From Sulfurospirillum sp. (GTDB lineage Bacteria > Campylobacterota > Campylobacteria > Campylobacterales > QNZT01), in the NCBI GenBank assembly GCA_024762875.1, contig JANTGR010000003.1, positions 1 through 57,976 of the forward strand: a stretch of DNA of 57,976 bases. Reading direction: 5' to 3'. Every line of letters begins with the position of its first letter. Positions within the stretch are counted from its first letter, which is position 1. The notes under the pieces were generated by a model. It did no database searches, was not told the origin of the DNA, and was given only the letters and a program-made list of their open reading frames with translations. A program made the translations under genes and the position numbers. Positions 20,452-30,411 of the stretch are shown here, one piece after another.

Positions 20452-21470
20452 TGCTCCATCTCAAACAGCAGGATATCCAGATCAAATATCTCAACTCCCT
20501 TACTGCCGTTTGCAACAAATAAAATCCCATCTTTCAGTAAAAGTGATAACCCTGATGTATTGTCACCCAAATCTTTTTCTCCTATCATGACAGGATTGGA
20601 TGGATCACTAACATCATAAAGCTGTAATCCTTCCATCCCGTGTGCCACAATCAGTTTGCTATCATGATCAACCAGTGCTATATCCAAAATCCCCTGATCT
20701 TTTAAAAGAAAATTTTGTTTAATATCTGTAGAATTGGTGATATCTTCACTCACCAATCCACAGGCATTCAGACGAAACCGTGTCGCTCCATCTTCACTCA
20801 CAGAAGTAACCTTCTTATCGATGTTCTCTACGACCCCTGTCTCCACAGGATGCGATATATCTGAAATATCCATGATATGATACCTGCCACGCTCATCTTC
20901 GATATAAAGTTTTTGTTCATCATCACTCAGGACAACATTAACAGCATTGATACCTTCAACAGAAGAAACTATTTCTGAGCTGATTTTGTCATCATATCCT
21001 ATCGAGATCACTTCCACACCCTGATTTTTTTCTGCCACAAAAATGATCCCATCTTTTGAGAGCTCAATATTTGCAGCATCACCTTTAGTTGCTACTGTAC
21101 CCAGCGAAGCACTTTTTGAATTTTTGGAGATTTCAATCGTGATCTTTTCACTACTGACTCCATCAGGAGACTCAGAATGTACGGCATAACTGTAATCACC
21201 AACATCTTTGATCTCAAAAGATACCTCAAGCGTTCCAGACTCCGGAATTGTCCCAACAAGTTCACCATTGATAAAAACTTTGGAACCATATTCTCCCAAA
21301 AGTGTAACATTGGCATAATCCTCTGTTGTTTCTATATAGCTTTGTTCTGCCGCAATCTGCGATGCATTCAAACTTACAACAGGTTCATGAACAGGTGGGG
21401 CACTTCTGTCTCCACACCCTATCATGACAGCTGCTAACACCAGTGATGCAATAAGCGCTTTTTTGTGCAT
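20448..21470 (-). CDS. lipoprotein with LVIVD-type beta-propeller repeats
   Basis: Start set at MHKKALIASLVLAAVMIGC (lipobox). Repeats such as KLIVAHGMEGLQLYDVSDPSNPV and GILFVANGSKGVEIFDL. The track's longer ORF to 21629 overlaps rnhB. Confidence 0.65.
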   Translation of the reverse strand: MHKKALIASLVLAAVMIGCGDRSAPPVHEPVVSLNASQIAAEQSYIETTEDYANVTLLGEYGSKVFINGELVGTIPESGTLEVSFEIKDVGDYSYAVHSESPDGVSSEKITIEISKNSKSASLGTVATKGDAANIELSKDGIIFVAEKNQGVEVISIGYDDKISSEIVSSVEGINAVNVVLSDDEQKLYIEDERGRYHIMDISDISHPVETGVVENIDKKVTSVSEDGATRFRLNACGLVSEDITNSTDIKQNFLLKDQGILDIALVDHDSKLIVAHGMEGLQLYDVSDPSNPVMIGEKDLGDNTSGLSLLLKDGILFVANGSKGVEIFDLDILLFEMEH

Positions 21471-21525
21471 TGTAATCTCCTTTGTTGTAAAATCGGAAAA
21501 AATGAAAATTATTTTAGGAGCAGCC

Positions 21526-22074
21526 ATGTTGTGTGGTATCGATGAAGCAGGCAGAGGATGCCTTGCAGGACCACTTGTAGTAGCAGGTGTGATACTGACA
21601 GGCGAGGTGGAGGGACTGGGTGACTCCAAGCAGCTAAGTGAAAAAAAACGTGAAGCACTCTATGAAAAGATTGTCAAAAACAGCCACTATGAAGTGATCT
21701 TTACAGACAATCAAACTATCGATGATATAGGACTTTCACTTGCCCTCAAACGTTCTATTATAACCATCATCAAAAAGCTATCGCCATCACACACTATCAT
21801 GGATGGCAACACGACTTTTGGCGTAGAAGGCGTAGAAGCCATCATCAAAGCAGATGCGAACATCGATGAAGTCTCAGCTGCAAGTATCCTGGCAAAGGTA
21901 AGCCGTGATCGATTTATCATCAGTCAGGATAGCCAGTATCCTGAGTATGGATTTGCCAAACACAAAGGATATGGGACAAAAGCACATATCGCCATGATTG
22001 CCAAACACGGTCTCTCACCACTGCATAGAAAAAGTTTTAAAATAAAATCCCTGTCACAACCAACACTCTTTTAA
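21526..22074 (+). CDS. rnhB: ribonuclease HII
   Basis: MLCGIDEAGRGCLAGPLVVAG (catalytic DE motif). AGGAG lies 5 nt upstream of the ATG at 21526. The ATG at 21502 is an alternative. Confidence 0.88.
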   Translation: MLCGIDEAGRGCLAGPLVVAGVILTGEVEGLGDSKQLSEKKREALYEKIVKNSHYEVIFTDNQTIDDIGLSLALKRSIITIIKKLSPSHTIMDGNTTFGVEGVEAIIKADANIDEVSAASILAKVSRDRFIISQDSQYPEYGFAKHKGYGTKAHIAMIAKHGLSPLHRKSFKIKSLSQPTLF

Positions 22075-22097
22075 TCTCATATGCCCTGGATAAATTC

Positions 22098-22106
22098 TGC
22101 TATAAT
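22098..22106 (+). promoter_or_regulatory. candidate extended -10 (TGcTATAAT) upstream of the 22192 cassette
   Basis: Perfect TATAAT preceded by TGn, about 85 nt upstream of the GTG start. Confidence 0.35.
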
Positions 22107-22191
22107 AGATCTCATATCTAACATATAAGCTGTTTATATTATTTATAGTCGTACAATTACATTTATAATCCTGTAAAAATTAAGGAGAAGA

Positions 22192-23562
22192 GTGAATTTA
22201 AAAAATAAAAAAATTGTTATAACCTATGGCACATATGATATGTTGCATGAAGGACACCTAAATCTACTTAAACGTGCCAAAGCTCTTGGAAATTACCTGA
22301 TTGTCGGAGTGACTGATGAAAATTATGATCGTTCACGGGGGAAGCTTAATGTCTCTCAAAGCACCCAAGAGCGAGTGCATGCTGTGGAAGCTTTGGATTT
22401 TGTTGATAAAGTCATTATAGAAAAACACAAAAAGCAAAAAGCGTCAGACATGGTAAAGTATGATGTGGATATTTTTGCGATCGGTGATGACTGGGTCGGT
22501 GCATTTGATTATCTGAATGAATATACACATGTGGAGTATCTTCCTCGCACTGAAGGCATTTCAAGTACGCAACTTCGCCAAGAGCAGATAGGTGTCATCA
22601 AGATGGGTATTGTCGGCCTAGGACGTGACACACAGTCTTTTGTAGATGAAGCAGCATTTGTCTCAAGCATCAAACTTAACCGTATCTATGCTGATGATTT
22701 TTTGGCCATTAAAAAATTCAATAAAGAAAATCCGCAAATTGAATATGGTCATGATAATTATGATGATTTTTTAGATACGCATGTTCAGGCTGTTTATATC
22801 GATACAGCTCTCAAAAAACATTATATGTTAATAAAAAAAGCACTTCAAGCAGGGAAACATGTTTTGTGTGAAAATCCTATTGCACTTGAAAAAAAGGAGA
22901 TGAAGGAGCTGCTGTCTCTGGCAAAAAACAATAAGGTACTGCTGCTTCCGGCACTAAAAACCGCTTTTTTGCCTGCATTTAAGCAACTGCTAAAAGAGCT
23001 TGAAAAAGGTGAGATAGGTGAGATCAAAGAAGTACGGGCGACACGAACCTCTTTGTATAGAGAAAAAAATTACCCTGAAAGTTTTATGGCGCAGGGTGCT
23101 ACCAATATTTTAGCCGGTTACCCTACACTGCTTATTCACAAAGTGCTGGGTAAAAGAAAAAATACAACTTTCTTCGATCAGTATGATAATGGATTTGATA
23201 TATCCAATCTCATCGTCACTCAGCACCAAAACAATACTGTCGGAGTTGCCAGGGTGGCCACAGGAGCGAAATCAGAAGGTGATGCAGTAATTTCGGGTAC
23301 AAAAGGATATGTTTATATTCCGGCACCGTGGTGGCTGACAAAAGAGTTCTATTTTAAATTTGAAGATGCACATAAAAGCTATAAATTCAAGTATGAATTT
23401 GAAGGATGTGGTCTTCGTTATATGATCGCAGAATTTGCTTCATTGATACACAGAGGCAAACGCTCTTCTGAAGTATTACGACCTACAGACATTGTAGCCA
23501 TCAGTAGAATAGTGCTTGATTATCGTGACCATAAAGAAAACAGAGATAAAAAGGAACATTAG
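22192..23562 (+). CDS. fusion protein: TagD-like (glycerol-3-phosphate-type) cytidylyltransferase + Gfo/Idh/MocA oxidoreductase
   Basis: N-terminal ~130 aa: ITYGTYDMLHEGHLNLLKRAKALGNYLIVGV ... IGDDWVGAFDYL ... YLPRTEGISSTQLR. This closely resembles TagD, including the HxGH and RTEGISST motifs. C-terminal ~320 aa has a Rossmann IKMGIVGLGR and LCENP. GTG start with AAGGAG upstream. Confidence 0.8.
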   Translation: MNLKNKKIVITYGTYDMLHEGHLNLLKRAKALGNYLIVGVTDENYDRSRGKLNVSQSTQERVHAVEALDFVDKVIIEKHKKQKASDMVKYDVDIFAIGDDWVGAFDYLNEYTHVEYLPRTEGISSTQLRQEQIGVIKMGIVGLGRDTQSFVDEAAFVSSIKLNRIYADDFLAIKKFNKENPQIEYGHDNYDDFLDTHVQAVYIDTALKKHYMLIKKALQAGKHVLCENPIALEKKEMKELLSLAKNNKVLLLPALKTAFLPAFKQLLKELEKGEIGEIKEVRATRTSLYREKNYPESFMAQGATNILAGYPTLLIHKVLGKRKNTTFFDQYDNGFDISNLIVTQHQNNTVGVARVATGAKSEGDAVISGTKGYVYIPAPWWLTKEFYFKFEDAHKSYKFKYEFEGCGLRYMIAEFASLIHRGKRSSEVLRPTDIVAISRIVLDYRDHKENRDKKEH

Positions 23563-23565
23563 AAC

Positions 23566-24645
23566 ATGATATATGAAGATTTTGCCATATTTACTCCCGG
23601 ACCTGTCAAAATGTCTGAAGAGATTTTAGCCATTGGTGCAAAACAGACACCCTATTTTAGAAATGATAAATTTTCAGAAGTGACATTCAACTGTGAAAAA
23701 GGTCTGTTGAAAATGCTCAATGCTCCCAAAGGCTCAAAAGTCATCTTTTTGACAGCCTCAGGAACAGCAGGAATGGAATCAGTCGTGATGAATCTGCTCA
23801 CAGATGAAGACAAAGCACTGGTTATAAACGGTGGTGGATTTGGGGGACGCTTTGTGGATATCTGCAAAACACATAAAATCCCTCATACTGACTTCAAAGT
23901 ACAACACACAAATCTCAGTGATATTGCAACCCTTGCTCCAAACGAATCTTTTACGTCTTTGATTGTAAATGCACACGAGACTTCTGTAGGACATCTGTAT
24001 GATCTGAATGCTTTGGGAAGTTATGCAAAAAAGAATGATCTCTTTTTCATTGTTGATGCGATTTCGATGTTTGTTACTGATCCTATTGATATGTGTGCAC
24101 AAAACATTGACACTGTCATCATCAGTAGTCAAAAAGGGCTGGCTCTGCCTCCCGGCTTGACGATGGTTGTTTTGGCACCGCGTGCTTTAGAGAAAGTGCA
24201 AGATATTAATTCACTCTATTTTAATTTTAAAGATTATCTGCATAATGGTGAAAGAGGACAAACTCCGTATACACCTGCCGTAACCATCATGCTGCAGCTT
24301 GAAGCAAGACTGATGCAGATAGAGCGTGATGGTGGAGTAAAGCAGAGTATCACCCTCGCCAAAGAGATAGCAGCCTATTTTAGAGAAAATATCACGCCTT
24401 TACCATTAAAACCCTATACTGCTTATATGCCAAATGCCATGACTACACTCACTCCCACAGACGGAAAATCGGCGATAGATATTGTTAGAGATCTTGAAAA
24501 TGACTACAAAGTGATGGTCTGTCCAAACGGCGGTGATCAAAGAGATATGATCTTCAGAGTATCACATATGGGTGCTATGAGCAAAGCCTATACAGATTTA
24601 CTCATCGATGCACTATATGACTATTATGGCATGCAAAGAGCATAG
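23566..24645 (+). CDS. class V (AGXT/PhnW-like) PLP-dependent aminotransferase
   Basis: 359 aa. IVDAISMF and SSQKGLALPPGL (PLP lysine context). Confidence 0.75.
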   Translation: MIYEDFAIFTPGPVKMSEEILAIGAKQTPYFRNDKFSEVTFNCEKGLLKMLNAPKGSKVIFLTASGTAGMESVVMNLLTDEDKALVINGGGFGGRFVDICKTHKIPHTDFKVQHTNLSDIATLAPNESFTSLIVNAHETSVGHLYDLNALGSYAKKNDLFFIVDAISMFVTDPIDMCAQNIDTVIISSQKGLALPPGLTMVVLAPRALEKVQDINSLYFNFKDYLHNGERGQTPYTPAVTIMLQLEARLMQIERDGGVKQSITLAKEIAAYFRENITPLPLKPYTAYMPNAMTTLTPTDGKSAIDIVRDLENDYKVMVCPNGGDQRDMIFRVSHMGAMSKAYTDLLIDALYDYYGMQRA

Positions 24646-25419
24646 ATGGCAGTAGATCCACAAACTCTACGCAGTGCCCAGCTTATTATGTTGGAGATGC
24701 TTGTGGAGTTTGATACCATTTGTAAAAAGCATGATTTGACCTATTGGCTTGACAGCGGCACACTACTGGGTGCTGTGCGGCATAAAGGGTTTATTCCCTG
24801 GGATGACGATGTCGATATCGCGATGCCGGTTGAAGATTATGAAAAATTTGCCACATTGGCAAAAGAAGAACTCTCAGAACATATCTTCTTTCAAAATAAA
24901 GCCACTGATAATACTTTTGTATTTGACTATATGAAACTGCGTTCAAACAAAGCAAAAATCGTAGAGTTTCATGAAGCAAACAAGAGTGTGGACTATCATC
25001 AGGGTGTTTTTGTAGATATTTTTCCGATGTTACAAGTTAAAAAGAGTAGATTTCATCAGTGGTACTATCAAAGTGCCTTAGCCCTTATACGCTTTTTTTC
25101 AGAAAAAAACCTACATGTTCAAACCAGTATCCCAAGCCGTCCTATGCGAAGATTTTTGGCATGGACATTACGCTGTATGCATAAGAAAGATGCGACAAGT
25201 CATACACAGGTAATTTACGGTGGAGAGATGCCTGATGTCGCCGCATGGTTTGATAAAAAAGAGATTTTCCCGTTAACAAAACTCTCTTTTGAGGAAATAG
25301 AGTTTTATGTTCCAAAAAATCCAGACCACTATCTCCGTGCTATCTATGCATTTGATTACAAGCAGCTTCCGCCCGAAAATAAGCGTACCATTCACGCCCA
25401 TAAAGTGACTATCAGCTAA
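24646..25419 (+). CDS. licD: LicD family phospho-alcohol (phosphocholine/phosphopolyol) transferase
   Basis: 257 aa. YWLDSGTLLGAVRHKGFIPWDDDVDIAMP is the LicD signature. The ATG abuts the previous stop. Confidence 0.8.
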   Translation: MAVDPQTLRSAQLIMLEMLVEFDTICKKHDLTYWLDSGTLLGAVRHKGFIPWDDDVDIAMPVEDYEKFATLAKEELSEHIFFQNKATDNTFVFDYMKLRSNKAKIVEFHEANKSVDYHQGVFVDIFPMLQVKKSRFHQWYYQSALALIRFFSEKNLHVQTSIPSRPMRRFLAWTLRCMHKKDATSHTQVIYGGEMPDVAAWFDKKEIFPLTKLSFEEIEFYVPKNPDHYLRAIYAFDYKQLPPENKRTIHAHKVTIS

Positions 25420-25459
25420 TGTAACCTTTTTGTAATCCTTATATGTTACGATCCCTGGT

Positions 25460-26197
25460 ATGAAATACAGATCATTATTTATATCAGACTTACATTTAGG
25501 CACAAAATTTGCCAAAGCCGAAGAACTTCTAGAACTTATTAGAAATCATGAGGCGGAAAATATTTACCTTGTTGGAGATATTATCGACGGTTGGGCAATA
25601 AAAAAGAGACTCCACTGGAAACAGGCTTACTCCGACGTCATACAAAAAATACTCAGAGCAGCAAGAAAAGGAACCAATATCTACTATCTGACGGGAAATC
25701 ATGATGAGTTTCTACGTTCTTTTTTACCACTAATGCTTGGTGATAGTTTACATGTCGTTGACAGTATGGAATACAAAGCCCTTAATGGAGAGCGATATTT
25801 GGTTGTACATGGCGATATATTTGATTCACTGACACTCACGAAACGTTGGCTCAGTATATTTGGTGATGTCGGTTATGATGTGCTGCTGCACTTCAATCCA
25901 CTTATCAATATAATACGCCACTCTTTTGGCTTTAAACGCCACTGGTCACTCTCAAAGCATCTCAAAGATGACTTTAGAGAAAGATTGGATTTTATAAGAA
26001 CCTACGAAACGATGGCAACGCAATACGCCCGACAACAAGGATATGAGGGTGTTATCTGCGGCCACATACATAAAGCAGATATCAAATCTGTCAATGGTAT
26101 ACAGTATAAAAACTGTGGAGACTGGGTAGAGTCTTGTACTGCTATTGCGGAAACTTATGAGGGAAAATGGGAAATTATCGATGGACTGCATGTATAA
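25460..26197 (+). CDS. lpxH: UDP-2,3-diacylglucosamine diphosphatase (LpxH-type metallophosphoesterase)
   Basis: 245 aa. LFISDLHLG, LVGDIIDGW, LTGNHDEF, VVHGD, ICGHIH. Confidence 0.7.
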   Translation: MKYRSLFISDLHLGTKFAKAEELLELIRNHEAENIYLVGDIIDGWAIKKRLHWKQAYSDVIQKILRAARKGTNIYYLTGNHDEFLRSFLPLMLGDSLHVVDSMEYKALNGERYLVVHGDIFDSLTLTKRWLSIFGDVGYDVLLHFNPLINIIRHSFGFKRHWSLSKHLKDDFRERLDFIRTYETMATQYARQQGYEGVICGHIHKADIKSVNGIQYKNCGDWVESCTAIAETYEGKWEIIDGLHV

Positions 26198-26220
26198 ACA
26201 CTAATACTTGCCCTGCTTAT

Positions 26221-26230
26221 TATCATGATA
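26221..26230. repeat. TATCATGATA copy 11
   Basis: Perfect. In the lpxH/glnS convergent spacer. Confidence 0.95.
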
Positions 26231-26275
26231 TATCTTATCAAGATTAAAGAGCTACGATATTAGTGCATATAACTG

Positions 26276-28525
26276 CTAATTTAGCTTCTCAGCTACAAGC
26301 GTATTGACCACTGTCGGATTCGCTTTTCCTCCTGTACCTTTCAGTACCTGCCCTACAAAAAAACCTAAAAGTTTAGTATTGCCGGCTTTAAACTTGGCAA
26401 CATTCTCTGGATTTTTAGTGATGATTTCATCAATGATAGGTAAAATTATAGCAGGATCACTTATCTGCACAAGACCTTTCTCTTGCACTATTTGTACCGG
26501 ATTTTCACCAGATTGTGCCATCTGTTCAAATACCTGTTTTGCAATTTTATTTGAAATGGTCCCCTCATCTATCATCTTGACAAGCTCAGCTATCTGTTTT
26601 GGACTAAATTTCAACGTATCAGCTTCTTTCTCTTTTAGCTCTCTGGCGACTTCATTTGCCACGATATTAGCGATACTTGTGGGACTGTTTAGCGTAGAAA
26701 GTGCCTCGTCATAAAAATGTGAAAGTCTCTTGTCACGCGCTAGTGTATTGGCTACTTCACTGTTTAGTTTCAATTCCTTGGTATACCTGTCAAATAGTAC
26801 CTGTTCATCTTCACTCATAGGCGCTACCTCACCTTCTACATACTCTTTTTTCACCTGCGGCTTCTCTGTATTTTGAGGTACTTTTGTTTTTTTAGCCCAT
26901 GAGTCTTTTAGTGCTACAATCTTATTAAAGACAGGATTTTCATCTGTATAGTCTATAGGGTCAGCATAAAAATACCCCTCTCGTTCAAACTGAAATCTCT
27001 CATCAGCTTTTTCATTCACTACTGCAGGTTCAACAAGTGCGTTTTTGATGATTTTTAAAGAATCAGGATTTAAGTCTTCTATACCCTCAGGTATCTCTGC
27101 CAAAAAGAGTCTGTCATAAAGTCTTACTTCTACACGCTTAGCCTCTGCAGCACTCACCCACTGAATAGCACTTTTAACCTTGATGCCGCTTGTGTCAGAG
27201 CCGCTTTTAGAATCTGGATGATACACTGCTTTTATTTCACTGATACGACCATCCGCATCTTTGATCACTTCCTTGCAAGTAATGATATAAGCATGCTTTA
27301 ATCTCACCGGCTGATCGGGTGTCAATCGATAATAGCCTTTTGGAGGATTTTCCATAAAATCTTCTCGCTCGATGTAAATCTCTTTTGCAAAAGGAAGCTT
27401 TCTTGAACCCTCTTTTGGCACATCATGCGGATAGTAAGAAGCATCGATCTCTTCACTCCCCTTATAGTTTTCAATCGTAACTTTTAGCGGATCCATGACA
27501 CACATCACACGTGGTACTTTTGTATTGAGATCATCTCTGATACAAAATTCAAGCTGTGAAACATCCACCATAGAGTTTGCTTTTGCGATACCTATTTGAT
27601 CGCAGAAATTGAGTATTGATTCTGGCGTATAACCTCTTCTTTTATACCCGGCAATCGTCGGCATACGGGGATCATCCCAGCCACTAACATAACCTCCTTC
27701 AACAAGCTCCAGCAGTTTTCTTTTACTCATAACCGTATAATTGATACCCAGTCTGGCAAACTCATGCTGGTAAGGACGAGGCGGCTTTAATCCAAGCGTC
27801 TCTATCACCCAGTCATAAATATCTCTGTTGTTTTCAAATTCCAGTGTACAAATCGAGTGTGTCACGCCTTCAATATAGTCAGATAAACAGTGCGCAAAAT
27901 CATACATCGGATAAATAGACCACTTATCACCTGCTCTAAAATGATGCACATGTCTGATACGGTACAGGAGTGGATCACGCATCTTCATATTGGCAGCCCC
28001 CATATCGATTTTGGCTCTCAGTACATGCTCTGCATCTTGAAACTCACCATTTTTCATTTTTTCAAAAAGATCCAGATTTTCTTCTACACTGCGATTGGCA
28101 TATTCACTGCGGCGGCCAGGTTCTGTGACAGTGCCACGGTATTGTCGTATCTCCTCTTCACTTAAGCTATCGACATATGCCTTGCCCATTTTGATCAGTT
28201 CAACTGCATAATCATATAACCTAGGAAAATAATCTGAAGTAAAATAGACTTTTTCACCCCAGTCAAACCCCAGCCACTTCACAGCATCTTTCAGCGCTTC
28301 AACATACTGTGTGTCTTCTTTGGTTGGATTGGTATCATCCATGCGGAGGTTACAATGCCCACTATAATCACGGGCAATACCAAAATTGATAGCTATAGAT
28401 TTAGCATGTCCAATGTGAGGGAAACCATTTGGCTCTGGAGGAAACCTTGTAACAATCTCTGTATACTTGGCTGAGCGTAAATCCTCTTCAACTATGCTGC
28501 GTAAAAAATCTTTGCTTTCACTCAT
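26276..28525 (-). CDS. glnS: glutaminyl-tRNA synthetase with C-terminal GatB/YqeY domain
   Basis: 749 aa. TRFPPEPNGFPHIGHAKSIAINFGIA (HIGH), VMSKRK (KMSKS). C-terminal ~190 aa ends ...AKFKAGNTKLLGFFVGQVLKGTGGKANPTVVNTLVAEKL, typical of GatB_Yqey. Confidence 0.85.
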   Translation of the reverse strand: MSESKDFLRSIVEEDLRSAKYTEIVTRFPPEPNGFPHIGHAKSIAINFGIARDYSGHCNLRMDDTNPTKEDTQYVEALKDAVKWLGFDWGEKVYFTSDYFPRLYDYAVELIKMGKAYVDSLSEEEIRQYRGTVTEPGRRSEYANRSVEENLDLFEKMKNGEFQDAEHVLRAKIDMGAANMKMRDPLLYRIRHVHHFRAGDKWSIYPMYDFAHCLSDYIEGVTHSICTLEFENNRDIYDWVIETLGLKPPRPYQHEFARLGINYTVMSKRKLLELVEGGYVSGWDDPRMPTIAGYKRRGYTPESILNFCDQIGIAKANSMVDVSQLEFCIRDDLNTKVPRVMCVMDPLKVTIENYKGSEEIDASYYPHDVPKEGSRKLPFAKEIYIEREDFMENPPKGYYRLTPDQPVRLKHAYIITCKEVIKDADGRISEIKAVYHPDSKSGSDTSGIKVKSAIQWVSAAEAKRVEVRLYDRLFLAEIPEGIEDLNPDSLKIIKNALVEPAVVNEKADERFQFEREGYFYADPIDYTDENPVFNKIVALKDSWAKKTKVPQNTEKPQVKKEYVEGEVAPMSEDEQVLFDRYTKELKLNSEVANTLARDKRLSHFYDEALSTLNSPTSIANIVANEVARELKEKEADTLKFSPKQIAELVKMIDEGTISNKIAKQVFEQMAQSGENPVQIVQEKGLVQISDPAIILPIIDEIITKNPENVAKFKAGNTKLLGFFVGQVLKGTGGKANPTVVNTLVAEKLN

Positions 28526-28668
28526 TACTACTGAACCCTTTATTGTAAATTGATGTAATTTTATCGAATAAGAGCTTATTGCATCTAAGCTAAAGTGAGG
28601 GATTTGAGAGAAAAAAAGTATCTTTTATTGGTTTTATATTATAATGCAGCTCAATCAAAAGGATCAAT

Positions 28669-29691
28669 ATGCAAAGAAAAAAGATATACAATCCAGACTC
28701 CGAAGAAGGGGTCAATGAGAGAAAAATCTTTGGTGGAAACCCTACCGGGATCTTTGAACTCAACAAGATAAAATACCAATGGGCATACAAACTGTGGGAA
28801 ATGATGCTCAACAATACATGGTTCCCAAAAGAAGTCGATATGACAACAGATGCCAGAGACTACAAACTACTGACAGATTCAGAGAAAAATGCCTATGACA
28901 AGGCACTTTCACAGCTTATTTTTATGGATTCACTACAAACAAACAATCTCATTGACAATGTCAATCCATACATCACAGCACCCGAGGTCAATCTCATTCT
29001 TGTCAGACAGGCATTTGAAGAGGCACTGCACTCACAAAGTTATGCTGTTATGGTGGACAGTATCTCCCAAAATAGTGATGAAATTTATGATATGTGGCGT
29101 CAAGATGCACAGCTCAAACACAAAAATGACAATATTGCTAGAGTCTATGACGAGCTGGGCAGCGGTAATCCAACAGACCAGGAAATAGTCAAAGCGATGT
29201 TCGCCAATCAGATTCTCGAAGGTATTTATTTTTACAGTGGCTTTACCTTCTTCTATACACTGGCAAGAAGCGGTAAGATGCTGGGCTCAGCACAAATGAT
29301 TCGATTTATCCAAAGAGACGAAGTCACCCACCTTTTGATCTTTCAAAACATGATCAATGTCACGCGTAAAGAAAGACCGGAACTTTTTACACCAGAACTC
29401 ATCGAAGAAGTCTATGAGATGTTTAGAAAAGCAGTTGAATTGGAAATCTCATGGGGAAAATACATCACAGAGGGGCAGATTCTGGGTCTGACCAATGATA
29501 TCATCGAAGATTATATCCAGTACCTTGCAGACAAAAGATTAACAGCAGTTGGTCTCAATAAACTTTACAATAAAGAACACCCTATCAAATGGGTTGATAA
29601 CTTCTCCAGTTTCAATGATCAAAAAACAAACTTTTTTGAAGGAAACGTCACCAACTATTCCAAAGGCAGTCTCAATTTCGATGACTTCTAG
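28669..29691 (+). CDS. nrdB: class Ia ribonucleotide reductase beta subunit
   Basis: 340 aa. Di-iron ligand motifs [10 protein letters not shown] and [10 protein letters not shown]-terminal ..NFDDF. Confidence 0.9.
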   Translation: MQRKKIYNPDSEEGVNERKIFGGNPTGIFELNKIKYQWAYKLWEMMLNNTWFPKEVDMTTDARDYKLLTDSEKNAYDKALSQLIFMDSLQTNNLIDNVNPYITAPEVNLILVRQAFEEALHSQSYAVMVDSISQNSDEIYDMWRQDAQLKHKNDNIARVYDELGSGNPTDQEIVKAMFANQILEGIYFYSGFTFFYTLARSGKMLGSAQMIRFIQRDEVTHLLIFQNMINVTRKERPELFTPELIEEVYEMFRKAVELEISWGKYITEGQILGLTNDIIEDYIQYLADKRLTAVGLNKLYNKEHPIKWVDNFSSFNDQKTNFFEGNVTNYSKGSLNFDDF

Positions 29692-30409
29692 AGAACTTGT
29701 TGCTCTACAGTTTGATTATCATGATCACGCTTATCATGATAATCTTTCTACGCTTCTCTCCCTTATCCGCCAAAGCAAAGAAGATGCAATCGTTACTGCA
29801 CCTGAACTCTGTTTGACCCACTTTTCTTATCATGATATGCACCAGGCTGCTCTCTTTTCACAACAAGCCCTTGCCGAGATCTTGCCCTTGAGTGCAAATC
29901 GCATCATCACTTTTACAATGATCGAAGAAAGAGATGGTACATTTTACAACTCTGCCAAGATCCTGCATCATCAAAAAATCTTTTATGCTCAGGACAAAGT
30001 CAAACTATTCCCTTTGGGTGAAGAACAGCAGCACTTTTCACCAGGGAAGAGAGAAAATATTAAAATAATTACAATTGACAACATAAAATTTGCGATTTTA
30101 ATCTGTTTTGAGATAAGATTTGCCGCATTATGGGAGCAGGTCAAAGGTGCTGATATCATCCTTGTTCCTGCCCTTTGGGGAAAAATAAGAAAGGCACAGT
30201 TTCAATCCATCACACAAGCCCTGGCAATCATGAATCAGGCATTTGTGATCGCATCAGATGCATCAGATGAGGATTCAGCTGCCCAATCAGCCATTATCAC
30301 ACCTTTTGGTGAAAGCACCAGTGATGATTCCAAAGCTTTTTTAAGCCTGGATGCCGATCTGAAAGAGATAAAAAAAATGAGACGATATATCGACATAGGA
30401 CTATCATGA
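29681..30409 (+). CDS. carbon-nitrogen hydrolase (nitrilase superfamily) protein
   Basis: Start moved to the ATG at 29681, an 11-nt overlap with nrdB. E-K-C triad contexts: [25 protein letters not shown]. Confidence 0.7.
   Translation: MTSRELVALQFDYHDHAYHDNLSTLLSLIRQSKEDAIVTAPELCLTHFSYHDMHQAALFSQQALAEILPLSANRIITFTMIEERDGTFYNSAKILHHQKIFYAQDKVKLFPLGEEQQHFSPGKRENIKIITIDNIKFAILICFEIRFAALWEQVKGADIILVPALWGKIRKAQFQSITQALAIMNQAFVIASDASDEDSAAQSAIITPFGESTSDDSKAFLSLDADLKEIKKMRRYIDIGLS
29732..29741. repeat. TATCATGATA copy 12
   Basis: Perfect. Inside the C-N hydrolase gene, Y-H-D. A one-mismatch copy lies 15 nt upstream. Confidence 0.95.
29828..29837. repeat. TATCATGATA copy 13
   Basis: Perfect. Inside the C-N hydrolase gene, Y-H-D. 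Confidence 0.95.
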
Positions 30410-30411
30410 TA
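30402..30411. repeat. TATCATGATA copy 14
   Basis: Perfect. Supplies both the hydrolase TGA stop and the pcm ATG start (ATGA). Confidence 0.95.

Noticed and set aside
21471-21629. N-terminal extension MESPSPSTSPVSITPATTSG... of the LVIVD lipoprotein ORF
   Set aside because: It overlaps the rnhB coding start on the other strand. The internal ATG at 21470 gives a textbook lipoprotein signal peptide, so the extension is most likely not translated.
29549-29680. 44-codon upstream extension of the C-N hydrolase ORF
   Set aside because: It lies entirely inside nrdB in another frame. The ATG at 29681 gives a normal short overlap.
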